Virus record (IMG/VR): IMGVR_UViG_3300041411_000080
Location: 62,001 to 126,000 of that record
Strand: one strand, 5' to 3'
DNA length: 64,000 nt
The notes beneath the pieces were generated by a model, which was not told the DNA's origin, made no database searches, and was given only the letters and a program-made list of their open reading frames with translations. The translations under genes were made by a program, and so were the position numbers. Below, one piece after another: positions 1 to 8,690 of this stretch. Within the stretch, counting starts at the first letter, position 1; each line of letters opens with the position of its first letter.

Positions 1-301
1 TATCGAACTGACGAAGGTTTAAGGTAAGCTTTTCACCCAAGTGCATTTGTCGATACATGTACCCACTTATCTCTCGGTCAAATACGTAACCACTCTCTGT
101 TTTAAACAGCCCTTCTAATCGTGCTGTACAACTATGCTTACCACAAGCCTGTACCGTATATTTGTCGATGAAAGTAACCGGTACGTCTTGATGTTTCATG
201 TAGACGTTATTATTCCAAACATAGACCGACCAAGAACTAAGAGTGATGATTAGAAACAATAAGAAAAGACCACTGATATTAAATGTAGATTTACTTGACA
301 T
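1..301 (-). CDS. Partial (runs off window) membrane-anchored hypothetical protein MSSKSTFNISGLFLLFLIITLSSWSVYVW...
   Basis: Manually translated from ATG at 301; open to the window edge; N-terminal hydrophobic helix; absent from ORF track because truncated. Confidence 0.7.
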   Translation of the reverse strand, partial: MSSKSTFNISGLFLLFLIITLSSWSVYVWNNNVYMKHQDVPVTFIDKYTVQACGKHSCTARLEGLFKTESGYVFDREISGYMYRQMHLGEKLTLNLRQFD

Positions 302-337
302 GATTAAACACTCTTAGTGGATAAGTATTGCCCGTCT

Positions 338-367
338 ATGATATAAATCTGAACTTTTTTCTATTGC
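338..367 (-). promoter_or_regulatory. Repeated promoter-like motif GCAATAG-N10-AGATTTATATCAT (copy 1)
   Basis: Same motif at 18429-18458 and 49315-49344, each intergenic and upstream of a minus-strand gene. Confidence 0.6.
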
Positions 368-582
368 TCATCAACTGGACCACGCTTGAATTCCATGTTA
401 GTCCAGCTGTCATCTTCATCCATTTCAGCTCGACCGTCAACCCAATGACAGTTACGCTGTTCTTCACCTGCACCTAAAGGTCTCCGGGCTTCGGCCTTAC
501 GAATGGTTGTGATATTGTGTTCGGATAACCTTGGGAACACCCCTCTAGCAAATAGGGTTGGTATGCAGTCACGTTTAAACAT
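361..582 (-). CDS. Small hypothetical protein
   Basis: Tightly packed co-oriented ORF in a run of five. Confidence 0.6.
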   Translation of the reverse strand: MFKRDCIPTLFARGVFPRLSEHNITTIRKAEARRPLGAGEEQRNCHWVDGRAEMDEDDSWTNMEFKRGPVDEQ

Positions 583-585
583 TGA

Positions 586-795
586 TCAGACCTTATATAA
601 CCCACGTTTTATATCTGTGTCCCATATGTACCGATCTATATCCTTCCGGTAGTCATCTGCTCCACAGGTCTCATCATCAAATAACCGCCTACCTTCTAGA
701 GGTCGGTATTCCGTCACACATCGTTCAAAGATTACATGACGTCTTTGGTCAGAGCTACGGTCATTTAAACCAACCCCCTGATAGTCTCTACTCAT
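586..795 (-). CDS. Small hypothetical protein (W-x-TD-x2-RGL motif)
   Basis: Tightly packed ORF; C-terminal motif shared with 797..1039. Confidence 0.65.
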   Translation of the reverse strand: MSRDYQGVGLNDRSSDQRRHVIFERCVTEYRPLEGRRLFDDETCGADDYRKDIDRYIWDTDIKRGLYKV

Positions 796-796
796 A

Positions 797-1039
797 TCAC
801 CACCACTTGTTGTCTATCAAACCCCGTTGAACATCTGTAGCCCAATCTAATTTATTTTGATCTGTACGGACACCGCTAAGATCGTCGCCATCTAACTCAG
901 TGGTCATCTTTAACCCTTCCGGTTGGATACGTGGATGATCACTCTTACCGCGCTCACCGAACATGCGATAATCCGTTTTCTTATCCTTGATATCCACAGG
1001 TGATGTCGCGCCTGCGGTTTTATCTGAAGTTCTGCCCAT
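797..1039 (-). CDS. Small hypothetical protein (W-x-TD-x2-RGL motif)
   Basis: Tightly packed ORF; C-terminal motif shared with 586..795. Confidence 0.65.
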   Translation of the reverse strand: MGRTSDKTAGATSPVDIKDKKTDYRMFGERGKSDHPRIQPEGLKMTTELDGDDLSGVRTDQNKLDWATDVQRGLIDNKWW

Positions 1040-1050
1040 GGGTCGATTAC

Positions 1051-1245
1051 TCAGTAAGTTAAATGTGATGGTCGTTCACAATCAAGTTTTGGATTAGATA
1101 TATCGAAGACAACTGGGCGCCAACTGACATGTTCGGGATTGGAGCGATTACCACTGTCTCTTAAGGATGCTCGTCCACCGACGGTTACATGTCGTCCCGG
1201 CATTAGTCTGGTGTCGAGATAGGTATCTTCTTGCTCTCTACTCAT
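1051..1245 (-). CDS. Small hypothetical protein
   Basis: 4-nt ATGA overlap with upstream ORF (translational coupling). Confidence 0.6.
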   Translation of the reverse strand: MSREQEDTYLDTRLMPGRHVTVGGRASLRDSGNRSNPEHVSWRPVVFDISNPKLDCERPSHLTY

Positions 1246-1433
1246 CGGAAGCGTCTCTCATTAACGTTAGGTTCATCATTGGTTCTAGAAACGTTTGTAT
1301 CTAGATGTACAAACTCACGGTAACCTTCACCCTTACGTTTGAGTCGCTCCGAGGACAATCCTTGTAGGCGATGAATAACCACATTACCGCGTCCATATTC
1401 TGAATTATAATCTAGTTTCATTGTAAACCTCAT
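1242..1433 (-). CDS. Small hypothetical protein
   Basis: First ORF of coupled cassette. Confidence 0.6.
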   Translation of the reverse strand: MRFTMKLDYNSEYGRGNVVIHRLQGLSSERLKRKGEGYREFVHLDTNVSRTNDEPNVNERRFR

Positions 1434-1446
1434 TTGTTAGTGGCGG

Positions 1447-1475
1447 CATAAAGCTTCCCCGAAGGGAAGCAGTAT
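1447..1475 (-). terminator. Intrinsic terminator, cUUCGg loop
   Basis: GCTTCCC-CGAA-GGGAAGC at 1453-1470; minus-strand tail TTTATG. Confidence 0.75.
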
Positions 1476-1503
1476 ACCCATTAGATTAGATAAGCCTAAT
1501 GAA

Positions 1504-1628
1504 AGTCGAAGAAGCACGTAGTTAGGTACTGACGTTAGCTCCCGCTAATGTTCTTAACGTACCAGGTCACCTATGGCTGGATCACCCCCTTGAACGCAGT
1601 GCGTATTTGCACGGACTGCTTCTTGACT
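1504..1628 (-). ncRNA. Candidate structured ncRNA (strand inferred)
   Basis: 12-bp closing stem AGTC(G)AAGAAGCA/TGCTTCTTGACT, inner GGTAC/GTACC stem and TTAGC-GGGA-GCTAA hairpin; no plausible ORF; lies between two terminators. Confidence 0.45.
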
Positions 1629-1659
1629 ATACCATTACACTCAGAGTATTCTTTTAACC

Positions 1660-1699
1660 AAAAAAAGAAAAGGTATAACGCCCTACCTTACGGTAGGGC
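1660..1699 (-). terminator. Intrinsic terminator
   Basis: GCCCTACC-TTAC-GGTAGGGC 1680-1699 followed on minus strand by long T tract. Confidence 0.75.
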
Positions 1700-1705
1700 T
1701 ATTAT

Positions 1706-1942
1706 TTATTCTAAGGTGAAGTTTCGGTATAACACAATGTCTTGCTCCAAATCGATAACGGTGTAGTACTTTGCGAACTCGTTATCGATCGGTAAATCGT
1801 AATTGTGATCTACCCATGCTTCCATCTCCTTCTGGGTATTGAAAGAGATCTTAACATAGTGCGTAGGACAGGTACGACCTGGACCCCATGACCGAAGTTT
1901 ATATTCGGCTTCAAACAATGGTTTAACGACTTTATTCTGCAT
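1706..1942 (-). CDS. Hypothetical protein
   Basis: AGGA RBS, followed by terminator. Confidence 0.7.
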   Translation of the reverse strand: MQNKVVKPLFEAEYKLRSWGPGRTCPTHYVKISFNTQKEMEAWVDHNYDLPIDNEFAKYYTVIDLEQDIVLYRNFTLE

Positions 1943-1990
1943 CTTTAAAATCCTTTAAGTTAACGCCTTACCGAATAGTAAGGCTATTGG

Positions 1991-2329
1991 TTACAGATGG
2001 CTGACTTGTTTCAGATACTTCTTGTAAGCATCGTCAATCATCGGTTGGTTATCACGTTGAGTGATCAAGCCACGCAGACGATCCTCACCCTGCCAGAAGA
2101 ACAGATACGCATCGATACCGTACGTATTGATCTCGTAGATACCCGGCTGGAGTACGGTACGCTGTTTAACGTACGCAATGTCACAGCGTGCATCCATGAA
2201 TCCGTGGTAATAGATGTTCCATGTACCTTCCACCCGAAGGTAGTCTTCACCATTGGTGTTATCGGGATCAGTGTTATGATCGTGACCGAAGTTGAAGAAT
2301 TGAATGTCCAGCTTTCCTGTGATTTCCAT
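1991..2329 (-). CDS. Hypothetical protein
   Basis: AAGGA RBS; hairpin GCCTTAC/GTAAGGC (1965-1984) after the stop. Confidence 0.7.
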   Translation of the reverse strand: MEITGKLDIQFFNFGHDHNTDPDNTNGEDYLRVEGTWNIYYHGFMDARCDIAYVKQRTVLQPGIYEINTYGIDAYLFFWQGEDRLRGLITQRDNQPMIDDAYKKYLKQVSHL

Positions 2330-2354
2330 TTATAGTCCTTAACTCAAAGTGAAT

Positions 2355-2374
2355 GCCCTCCCGTGTGGGAGGGC
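2355..2374 (-). terminator. Terminator-like hairpin
   Basis: GCCCTCCC-GTGT-GGGAGGGC immediately after the stop of 2381..2788. Confidence 0.6.
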
Positions 2375-2380
2375 TATTAT

Positions 2381-2788
2381 TTACATCCCAGCTTTCAAAG
2401 CTTGGATTACCGCATTATCCTGCCCACGCTTATTAGGCATGCGCTCAGGATGTTTGTACAACCACTCGTACTGCTTGAGCAGCACTTCTTTGGTTACCAC
2501 CCAGATACCATCAATCATTACCCGATCACAAGGATCAGCAATATGGAAATCCAGATGATCACCCAACGATACAAACTGACCGGTTATCCCTTTACCCGAT
2601 ACAGCACCTTCCATACACCATACCCAATCAAACACGTGATTGTTAGTATCAACATCAATATCACACGTTTGCTCACGGATACCATGCATTACAGCAGCTG
2701 CACCATACCCAACGGTTAAGCTATTAACATCAGCACCATGGGTAAAGCAGAACTCCAATACAACTTCAGCAATTTGATTCTTTTGCAT
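2381..2788 (-). CDS. Putative minimal nucleotidyltransferase (Pol-beta superfamily)
   Basis: GYGAAAVMHGIREQTCDIDVD matches the G-x-A-x3-HG-x-R-x2-T-x-D-h-D pattern; AAGGAG RBS. Confidence 0.6.
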   Translation of the reverse strand: MQKNQIAEVVLEFCFTHGADVNSLTVGYGAAAVMHGIREQTCDIDVDTNNHVFDWVWCMEGAVSGKGITGQFVSLGDHLDFHIADPCDRVMIDGIWVVTKEVLLKQYEWLYKHPERMPNKRGQDNAVIQALKAGM

Positions 2789-2812
2789 AACAATCTCCTT
2801 TGGTGTCCAACT

Positions 2813-2829
2813 GTAATATAGCTCTTAAA
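2813..2829 (-). promoter_or_regulatory. phiKZ-type early promoter TTTAA-GA-GC-TATATTAC
   Basis: TATATTAC at 2813-2820 (minus) with upstream TTTAA, matching the phiKZ early consensus as I recall it; second copy at 43857. Confidence 0.7.
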
Positions 2830-2973
2830 GATCTTTCAATAATGAGTATTACTGCGTAATAGCTTTTAAATAAACTTTTGGAATTAATCTCCCCTCCTAT
2901 AGACTACCGTATCAGAGTACTTGTCTACTCATTTTATGAATCTTTAATCATACCCCACTAAAGGGAACATCTA

Positions 2974-5103
2974 ATGATCGACTCATTTAGATCGCTTTTC
3001 GGTAATGTTACCGTAAAGGAGACTAACGCTGAGATTGTCGTATCTGGTATCAGAGCCAAAGACATTATCCGAGATATGGATAAGCATTGGAAGACGACTA
3101 GAGTCTCACAGAACATCTTCAACACAGTAAGTGGTGGTTCCTTTAGCTTTGACAAGTTCTTTGCTCCAGAGATCATGTACATTCTGGAGAACATCAAATA
3201 CTACCGTAACCGTTGGACCAGTATTAAAGCTATCAATGCCATCATTGAGGCGATGATGGAACACACGTGGTTACGCAATACCAAACCCGTAGATAAAGTT
3301 ACAACTCCAGGACGACTAGACTTCCGTAAACTGAATAACCTTAAGTTTACAGCTAAACCGTACCAGATGGAGTACTTTGAGAACTATAGTTACCGATTGG
3401 ATCAATACGATCTTAGAGGTGACTTGATGGCAGCCGCAGCAGGCTCTGGGAAGACCTACATGGGTGCTGCATTGGCCGAGATGCTCAATGCTGACCTCGT
3501 CATAGTCTTCTGTCCTAAAGTGGTCCTAGAGTCCGTATGGGTCGACTCCATCAAAGAGATGTTTAAGACACCTCAGACGATCTGGCATTCCGGCACCCCG
3601 ATGGAATACACGGGTCAACGTTGGGTGCTGTGTCACTACGACGCCATGCAGAAGCTGAACGACATCTTCGAAAACCCTAAGCTGTATGAAGGGAAGAAGA
3701 TCGTTACGATTCTAGATGAATCGCACAACATGAACGATCCTAACTCAGCACGTAGTTTGCAATACCAAGCGATGGTTAAGAAGTTCGGGTCACGTGATAA
3801 CATCCAAGGTTCTGGTACACCAGTTAAAGCACTGGGTGCTGAGATCATTACCCTGTTGCGTGTAGTAGATCCATTGTTTACCCCACGAGTAGAAGCAGCC
3901 TTTAAGAAGATGTATGGTAAGGAAGCTTCGAAAGGGTTGGACATCATTCGTCACCGCTTAGGACTGGTTTCGTATAAGGTCGAGAAAGGTGAGATTGACT
4001 CGGAACTACTCCCACCAATTATGCGGGCTTATCCAATCCGTATTCCCGATGGGGAGAAGTTTACATTGCCTGCTATCCGTAAGGTAATGGAAGCCTTCAT
4101 CCGTGAACGAGCTGAGTACTACAAGAATCGTAGACCTGAGGATCTTAAGTTCTGGGACCAATGTGTTAAGAATGCACGTTCTCAATTAAAGAGCAAGCAA
4201 GCTGTAGTAGAGTTCGATGAGTATCTGTATAAGGTACACTTGATCTCTCGTACACCTGACCCTAGATTCTTAGGTGAGGAGATGAAAGCTGCTAACGCTT
4301 TTGAGAAACACGTCTTCGAGAAACTGTTGCCCCGTGATTGGGTACCTCGTTTCCGTGATGTTAAGTCAGTAGTCAAATACGTTAACCTTAAGATCCAAGG
4401 TGAAGTACTGGGTCGAGTGGTAGGCGGCATGCGGATTGAAGCTAACGTAGCTATGATCCCACATATCGACTGGGTAGGGATTGTTGAATCCACTCAGAAG
4501 AAGACCATCATGTTTACCAGCTTTATCGAGGCGGTAGACGCCGCTGAGGCACATACGACTCGTCTGGGTATGAAGCCATTGGTTGTCTACGGAAAGACCT
4601 CTAACGACCTTCCAAACATGGTCAAGCGGTTTGAAGCTGATGATGCACTGAACCCGCTGTTGGCTACTTACGCTTCGCTGTCCACTGGTGTACGACTCAC
4701 CATGGCAGACACGATGATTCTGTTGAACTCTCCTTTCCGAGCTTACATTCTGGAACAGGCGATTTCCCGTATCTATCGTCTTGGTCAAGACTCTCAGACT
4801 TACGTTTACCAGTGTGTTCTCGACACAGGTGAGATCCCTAACATCTCCACACGTTCTGCTGACATCTTGGCTTGGTCTACTGAACAAGTAGAAGCTATCA
4901 TGGGCATCAAGGCACCAATGATCCAAGGCGATACATTTGAAGTAGCTGCTGTGGAATCTATGCAGCACGGCGACTTTGATGACAACCGACTGATGTATAA
5001 ATGTTTGTCTGCTGCATTCGAGCAATACGACATCGAGATCGACTTTAATCAATTCACGTATAAACCAGAAGTTAAACCTATGCTTCCAGCGTGGATGCGT
5101 TAA
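2974..5103 (+). CDS. SF2 (DExH/SNF2-like) helicase, phiKZ gp203-like
   Basis: Walker A AAAGSGKT, ILDESH, motif V SLSTGVRLT, motif VI QAISRIYRLGQ. Confidence 0.85.
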   Translation: MIDSFRSLFGNVTVKETNAEIVVSGIRAKDIIRDMDKHWKTTRVSQNIFNTVSGGSFSFDKFFAPEIMYILENIKYYRNRWTSIKAINAIIEAMMEHTWLRNTKPVDKVTTPGRLDFRKLNNLKFTAKPYQMEYFENYSYRLDQYDLRGDLMAAAAGSGKTYMGAALAEMLNADLVIVFCPKVVLESVWVDSIKEMFKTPQTIWHSGTPMEYTGQRWVLCHYDAMQKLNDIFENPKLYEGKKIVTILDESHNMNDPNSARSLQYQAMVKKFGSRDNIQGSGTPVKALGAEIITLLRVVDPLFTPRVEAAFKKMYGKEASKGLDIIRHRLGLVSYKVEKGEIDSELLPPIMRAYPIRIPDGEKFTLPAIRKVMEAFIRERAEYYKNRRPEDLKFWDQCVKNARSQLKSKQAVVEFDEYLYKVHLISRTPDPRFLGEEMKAANAFEKHVFEKLLPRDWVPRFRDVKSVVKYVNLKIQGEVLGRVVGGMRIEANVAMIPHIDWVGIVESTQKKTIMFTSFIEAVDAAEAHTTRLGMKPLVVYGKTSNDLPNMVKRFEADDALNPLLATYASLSTGVRLTMADTMILLNSPFRAYILEQAISRIYRLGQDSQTYVYQCVLDTGEIPNISTRSADILAWSTEQVEAIMGIKAPMIQGDTFEVAAVESMQHGDFDDNRLMYKCLSAAFEQYDIEIDFNQFTYKPEVKPMLPAWMR

Positions 5104-5107
5104 TCAA

Positions 5108-5125
5108 CGGGGACTTCGGTCCCCC
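5108..5125 (+). terminator. Terminator-like hairpin GGGGA-CTTCGG-TCCCC
   Basis: cUUCGg hairpin directly after helicase stop; weak U tract. Confidence 0.55.
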
Positions 5126-5142
5126 ACTAAAAGGTACAAGAC

Positions 5143-5508
5143 ATGAGCGCTACAGGCAAAGCTTACATGATCGCACAGATGCAAGCATATTTCACTAAGG
5201 TGAAGGCTGCTATTACTAGCGGTGGTGCAGCATCATTTCGATATAAGACCGGTACTGTTCCAGCTAATGGTCAGACGGTTTACGATGCCCCTACTGAACT
5301 GGGTTTCGCTATTGCGGACTATCACCTAGGGTCGATCGGTATCCAACTCAGTATGGTAGATCCAACTGTTCAAACTAACCCACCTATCGTTGATGCATTG
5401 ACGGTACTGCGTTATGAAATCCAAGCTAACGGTCAGATCGTGATCAAGAGCAACTACAATGGGGTAGTCACTTACCACATCCGCGTCACTATGCCAGTTA
5501 AGAAGTAA
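5143..5508 (+). CDS. Hypothetical, probable virion structural protein
   Basis: AAGG RBS, beta-rich composition, coupled to following 649-aa ORF. Confidence 0.6.
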   Translation: MSATGKAYMIAQMQAYFTKVKAAITSGGAASFRYKTGTVPANGQTVYDAPTELGFAIADYHLGSIGIQLSMVDPTVQTNPPIVDALTVLRYEIQANGQIVIKSNYNGVVTYHIRVTMPVKK

Positions 5509-5517
5509 GGTGTACCC

Positions 5518-7467
5518 ATGGCTGAGATCATCTCTTCTCTTGAACCCGGTTGGTATACAACGGGTCAAACGCTTACAGTGAAGTTCCCTGCTGATGCACG
5601 TAGGGTTATTGTTACACGCACAGAACGAAATCCAGTCTTGACTGAGATCTTGGCCTATGACCGTGGTCCTATCACACCAGTACCTGCATTGCCTGAAGGT
5701 GATCCGGGTGCTGGTCCAACCATTGATCGCCCATTCCTAGCTGTCACTCAAGATGGTCGGGGTAACGTTATCTACGACGGGGGCTTTCCTAAGTTCTACA
5801 ATAGTCAGATTGCTGCCTATAACGGGGGTTCTTACCCAGCAACTATCCCAAATACCTTTGCGGGTTTGACTCCAGCAGGTAAGTATCTGTACAATGGATT
5901 GAACTTCATTGCCAACCCACGTAAAGTTGGAGCTGGTAATCGTAAGGTATTGTTCATCGGTGATACGGTTCGTGGTTATAACTTCGTACTAACCGATTCT
6001 CACTATAACCCTAAACCGGGACAGGCTAGTGTCGACGGAGGAACAGGTTTCTTCGATACCATCACAGGTATTTGTCAAGCTGGTAACTGGACGCCTACAT
6101 ACTACGACCTTCCGAATGATACAGCTAAGATCGATTTTGACTTCAACTATCTAGATCAGTTTGCGGCTGTAGTGTTCTTCAGTTTGTACGCAACACCTAC
6201 ACCAGCAGAACGCCGTGTAACTGATCGTTTTGCAAAAGAGCTTGCATCGTATCGAGCAGCGGGTAACGGTATTGCTATCATTACTGACCACTGTGGTGAC
6301 AACTACACTAGTGTTCAAGATGCTGTAACTCGAGGTACTGTATTTGCTACTTCGGCTATTTATCTGACGAAGGAATACGGTTGCTACTATTCGGGCAACG
6401 TAGATCGGAAACCAGTATTGGTATCTGAGATCAAACGTCAGATTGGTGCTCCGGGTCCGCCTGAGACACACCCGCTGTTGGCAGGCTTAGCCGACACAGA
6501 TTCGATCTATGCCGGTCCTTCCGAATCTTTGGTTATGCCAGAGTTGTTTACCGATGAACAAGTTGATCCAACGCAAGACTTGGTAATTCCTTTGACTACA
6601 GCTGGGAAGTATCGGGTTAACGTGTTGGTACAGTTGGATGATGGTAGCATTATCACTAAGCCAATGTTGTTCACGATCATCGATCCTTCAACCACCAACA
6701 TCCGTGATTCCTTTAACCGGTCTGTGTTGGCAACGTCTACGACTTATAAACCAGCCGTGGATTACACGATCAGTCCTGACCCTACGTTTGAAGGTTCATT
6801 GCGTGGTAAGATTTTGATCGATAACAATCTGGTAGGTTTCTTCCAGACGACTGTTAACGCTGGTGTGAGTAACACAACCTACATGCCATTCGGTGGAGCT
6901 AGTGCACCTATGGTACTGAAGACTGGTTCGGTATTGAAGTTCTCGATTACTGATCCATTCGAGTACAACCTGACTACCACTATTAACCTACCTGTCGGTA
7001 CTCCGTATTGGAACGCAAGTGGTGGGCTGTCTACGTTCATTCAGCAGATCCTTCAGCATCCTTACTTCACAGGTCGGTCTGTTGATGAAATGCAGAGTGA
7101 CATGACAGCGTTTGCTGATAAGTACTATCCAGCAGCTACGCATATTGGTGTTACGACTTACAATCAGTGGTGGAAGGTTATTGGTAAAGCCAGACTTCCT
7201 TTCGCTGAGACTGAGTTTAATCCTGTCCGTCTGAGGATCTACGCTAACCTTGCAACATTCAATACGAACAAACCCGCAGTGGGCGCGGTAGGTGATGCAG
7301 TTATTATTGCTGATACCAACCAAGTCTACTACTGGGATGACTTACCGATTGTCTGGACAGCTCACACAGCGAAAGCTAACGTGTTGTTTGGTGTAGATCG
7401 TAAAGCAGTCAACACACTGAATAACTCTAACTGGGTTATTGGTGCTAACTCGACTGTAGCTGTATAA
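5518..7467 (+). CDS. Probable virion structural protein (tail/baseplate-associated)
   Basis: 649 aa, Thr/Gly/Asn-rich; central alpha/beta segment VLFIGD...FAAVVFFS...GNGIAIITDH. Confidence 0.55.
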   Translation: MAEIISSLEPGWYTTGQTLTVKFPADARRVIVTRTERNPVLTEILAYDRGPITPVPALPEGDPGAGPTIDRPFLAVTQDGRGNVIYDGGFPKFYNSQIAAYNGGSYPATIPNTFAGLTPAGKYLYNGLNFIANPRKVGAGNRKVLFIGDTVRGYNFVLTDSHYNPKPGQASVDGGTGFFDTITGICQAGNWTPTYYDLPNDTAKIDFDFNYLDQFAAVVFFSLYATPTPAERRVTDRFAKELASYRAAGNGIAIITDHCGDNYTSVQDAVTRGTVFATSAIYLTKEYGCYYSGNVDRKPVLVSEIKRQIGAPGPPETHPLLAGLADTDSIYAGPSESLVMPELFTDEQVDPTQDLVIPLTTAGKYRVNVLVQLDDGSIITKPMLFTIIDPSTTNIRDSFNRSVLATSTTYKPAVDYTISPDPTFEGSLRGKILIDNNLVGFFQTTVNAGVSNTTYMPFGGASAPMVLKTGSVLKFSITDPFEYNLTTTINLPVGTPYWNASGGLSTFIQQILQHPYFTGRSVDEMQSDMTAFADKYYPAATHIGVTTYNQWWKVIGKARLPFAETEFNPVRLRIYANLATFNTNKPAVGAVGDAVIIADTNQVYYWDDLPIVWTAHTAKANVLFGVDRKAVNTLNNSNWVIGANSTVAV

Positions 7468-7468
7468 C

Positions 7469-7506
7469 GTCATAAAGCCCCTGCTTAATTGCAGGGGTCT
7501 TATGTC
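7469..7506. terminator. Bidirectional terminator, CCCCTGC/GCAGGGG family
   Basis: GTCATAAAG-CCCCTGC-TTAATT-GCAGGGG-TCTTATGTC at a convergent junction. Confidence 0.8.
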
Positions 7507-8176
7507 ATTTCGAACGTGTGCCGTAAATACGTGCTTTCTGATCGAGCAACAGGATTGCATTCTGAGTCAGGATCACATGGAAGTTTTTCTTACGCAGACT
7601 CGAAGACAGTTTATCAATGGCTTCTTTAACCGAAAGATCAGAGTCGACGTTCTCGCGCTTCCCGTTAGGTTTAGAGCGGTCTTGTACCTTATTGCGGTAA
7701 CGCCATGTAGTTCGTTCGATCGTGTCGTTAGGACGCTTAGACTTAACCTGAGAGCGATAGAACAGCTCCAGTAAACGAATGGCTAGACCATCAGCATCTT
7801 CCAATGGTGAATCACCGTTAATCAGGTTGACAGTAGAAGCTGCCATCTGTACATGAGTCTCGGCGCTATCAACAATACCACGCATTGTAGGATCAATGTC
7901 CAAGCACTTAGTGATAACTTTAAGCTCACCGTCTACACGTTTAATTTCAATGCAACGAATGAAGTCGAACAGCGAATAGGAGCGTTCTACTTCACGCATA
8001 GCAGCAGCGTCTAGTTCTAGTTCTGCTTTATCAGTCTGACCACCATGCACCGCGATAGCAAGTGTGAGATCACTCAAGGTAGACTGAGGGTAACTGGTAG
8101 ACATCAGCAACCGTAGGAGCGTCTCAGGACGGCACCGGCGATTTGGTTGTGAAGTCATTTGTTCAAATACTGACAT
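7505..8176 (-). CDS. Hypothetical protein (start revised to MSVFEQ)
   Basis: AAGGA RBS before ATG 8176 removes overlap with upstream gene. Confidence 0.7.
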   Translation of the reverse strand: MSVFEQMTSQPNRRCRPETLLRLLMSTSYPQSTLSDLTLAIAVHGGQTDKAELELDAAAMREVERSYSLFDFIRCIEIKRVDGELKVITKCLDIDPTMRGIVDSAETHVQMAASTVNLINGDSPLEDADGLAIRLLELFYRSQVKSKRPNDTIERTTWRYRNKVQDRSKPNGKRENVDSDLSVKEAIDKLSSSLRKKNFHVILTQNAILLLDQKARIYGTRSK

Positions 8177-8186
8177 TTCTATTTCC

Positions 8187-8618
8187 TTATTCAAAACCAT
8201 TCTGCCGTATCCAGTCTTCTCTGGTAGCACGGGCATCATGGAGAGCGTTGTGAAGTAACTTAGAACCCTTACCACTTAGTTTGTCATCGACATCAAAGGT
8301 TAGTGGTTGGATCATGATCCACTTACCCTTTTCACCAAGCAACGCTTCGCTAAAATAAATAACGTCGTTAGGGTGGTTTACAATTATGTTCATGCCGGGG
8401 AATTGACCAACGAAGCGTTTCAGGCGTTCCTGAAATTCTTCACGCGAGATCGGTTCCTTTTCCAAAATAGGGATGACGTTAGCCTTTACCCATTCATCTT
8501 GGATGTTAGAGTAGTCGAGTACTTCGTAAAACTCGCGGTTACCGTCGGCGCTCACGATGCCCAAGCTGATTAGGGTCTTAGTAGGTACATCAAATTCTGC
8601 GTCAACAAAGAAGTCCAA
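8187..8618 (-). CDS. DEDD-family 3'-5' exoribonuclease-like protein
   Basis: N-terminal FVDAEF, C-terminal HNALHDA; GGAG RBS before TTG. Confidence 0.75.
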   Translation of the reverse strand: MDFFVDAEFDVPTKTLISLGIVSADGNREFYEVLDYSNIQDEWVKANVIPILEKEPISREEFQERLKRFVGQFPGMNIIVNHPNDVIYFSEALLGEKGKWIMIQPLTFDVDDKLSGKGSKLLHNALHDARATREDWIRQNGFE

Positions 8619-8690
8619 TTTATTAATCTCCGAGTTATTAATGTGTCATATCAATAAGCAAAATAAATGGAGGACCGTAGTCCCCCAAAG

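Noticed and set aside
1556-1570. ACCAGGTCA resembling part of 4.5S SRP RNA
   Set aside because: Lacks the GGAA tetraloop and AGCAG of the SRP domain IV; chance match
1548-1766. 72-aa plus-strand ORF over the ncRNA candidate
   Set aside because: No RBS; runs through a terminator and antisense into 1706..1942
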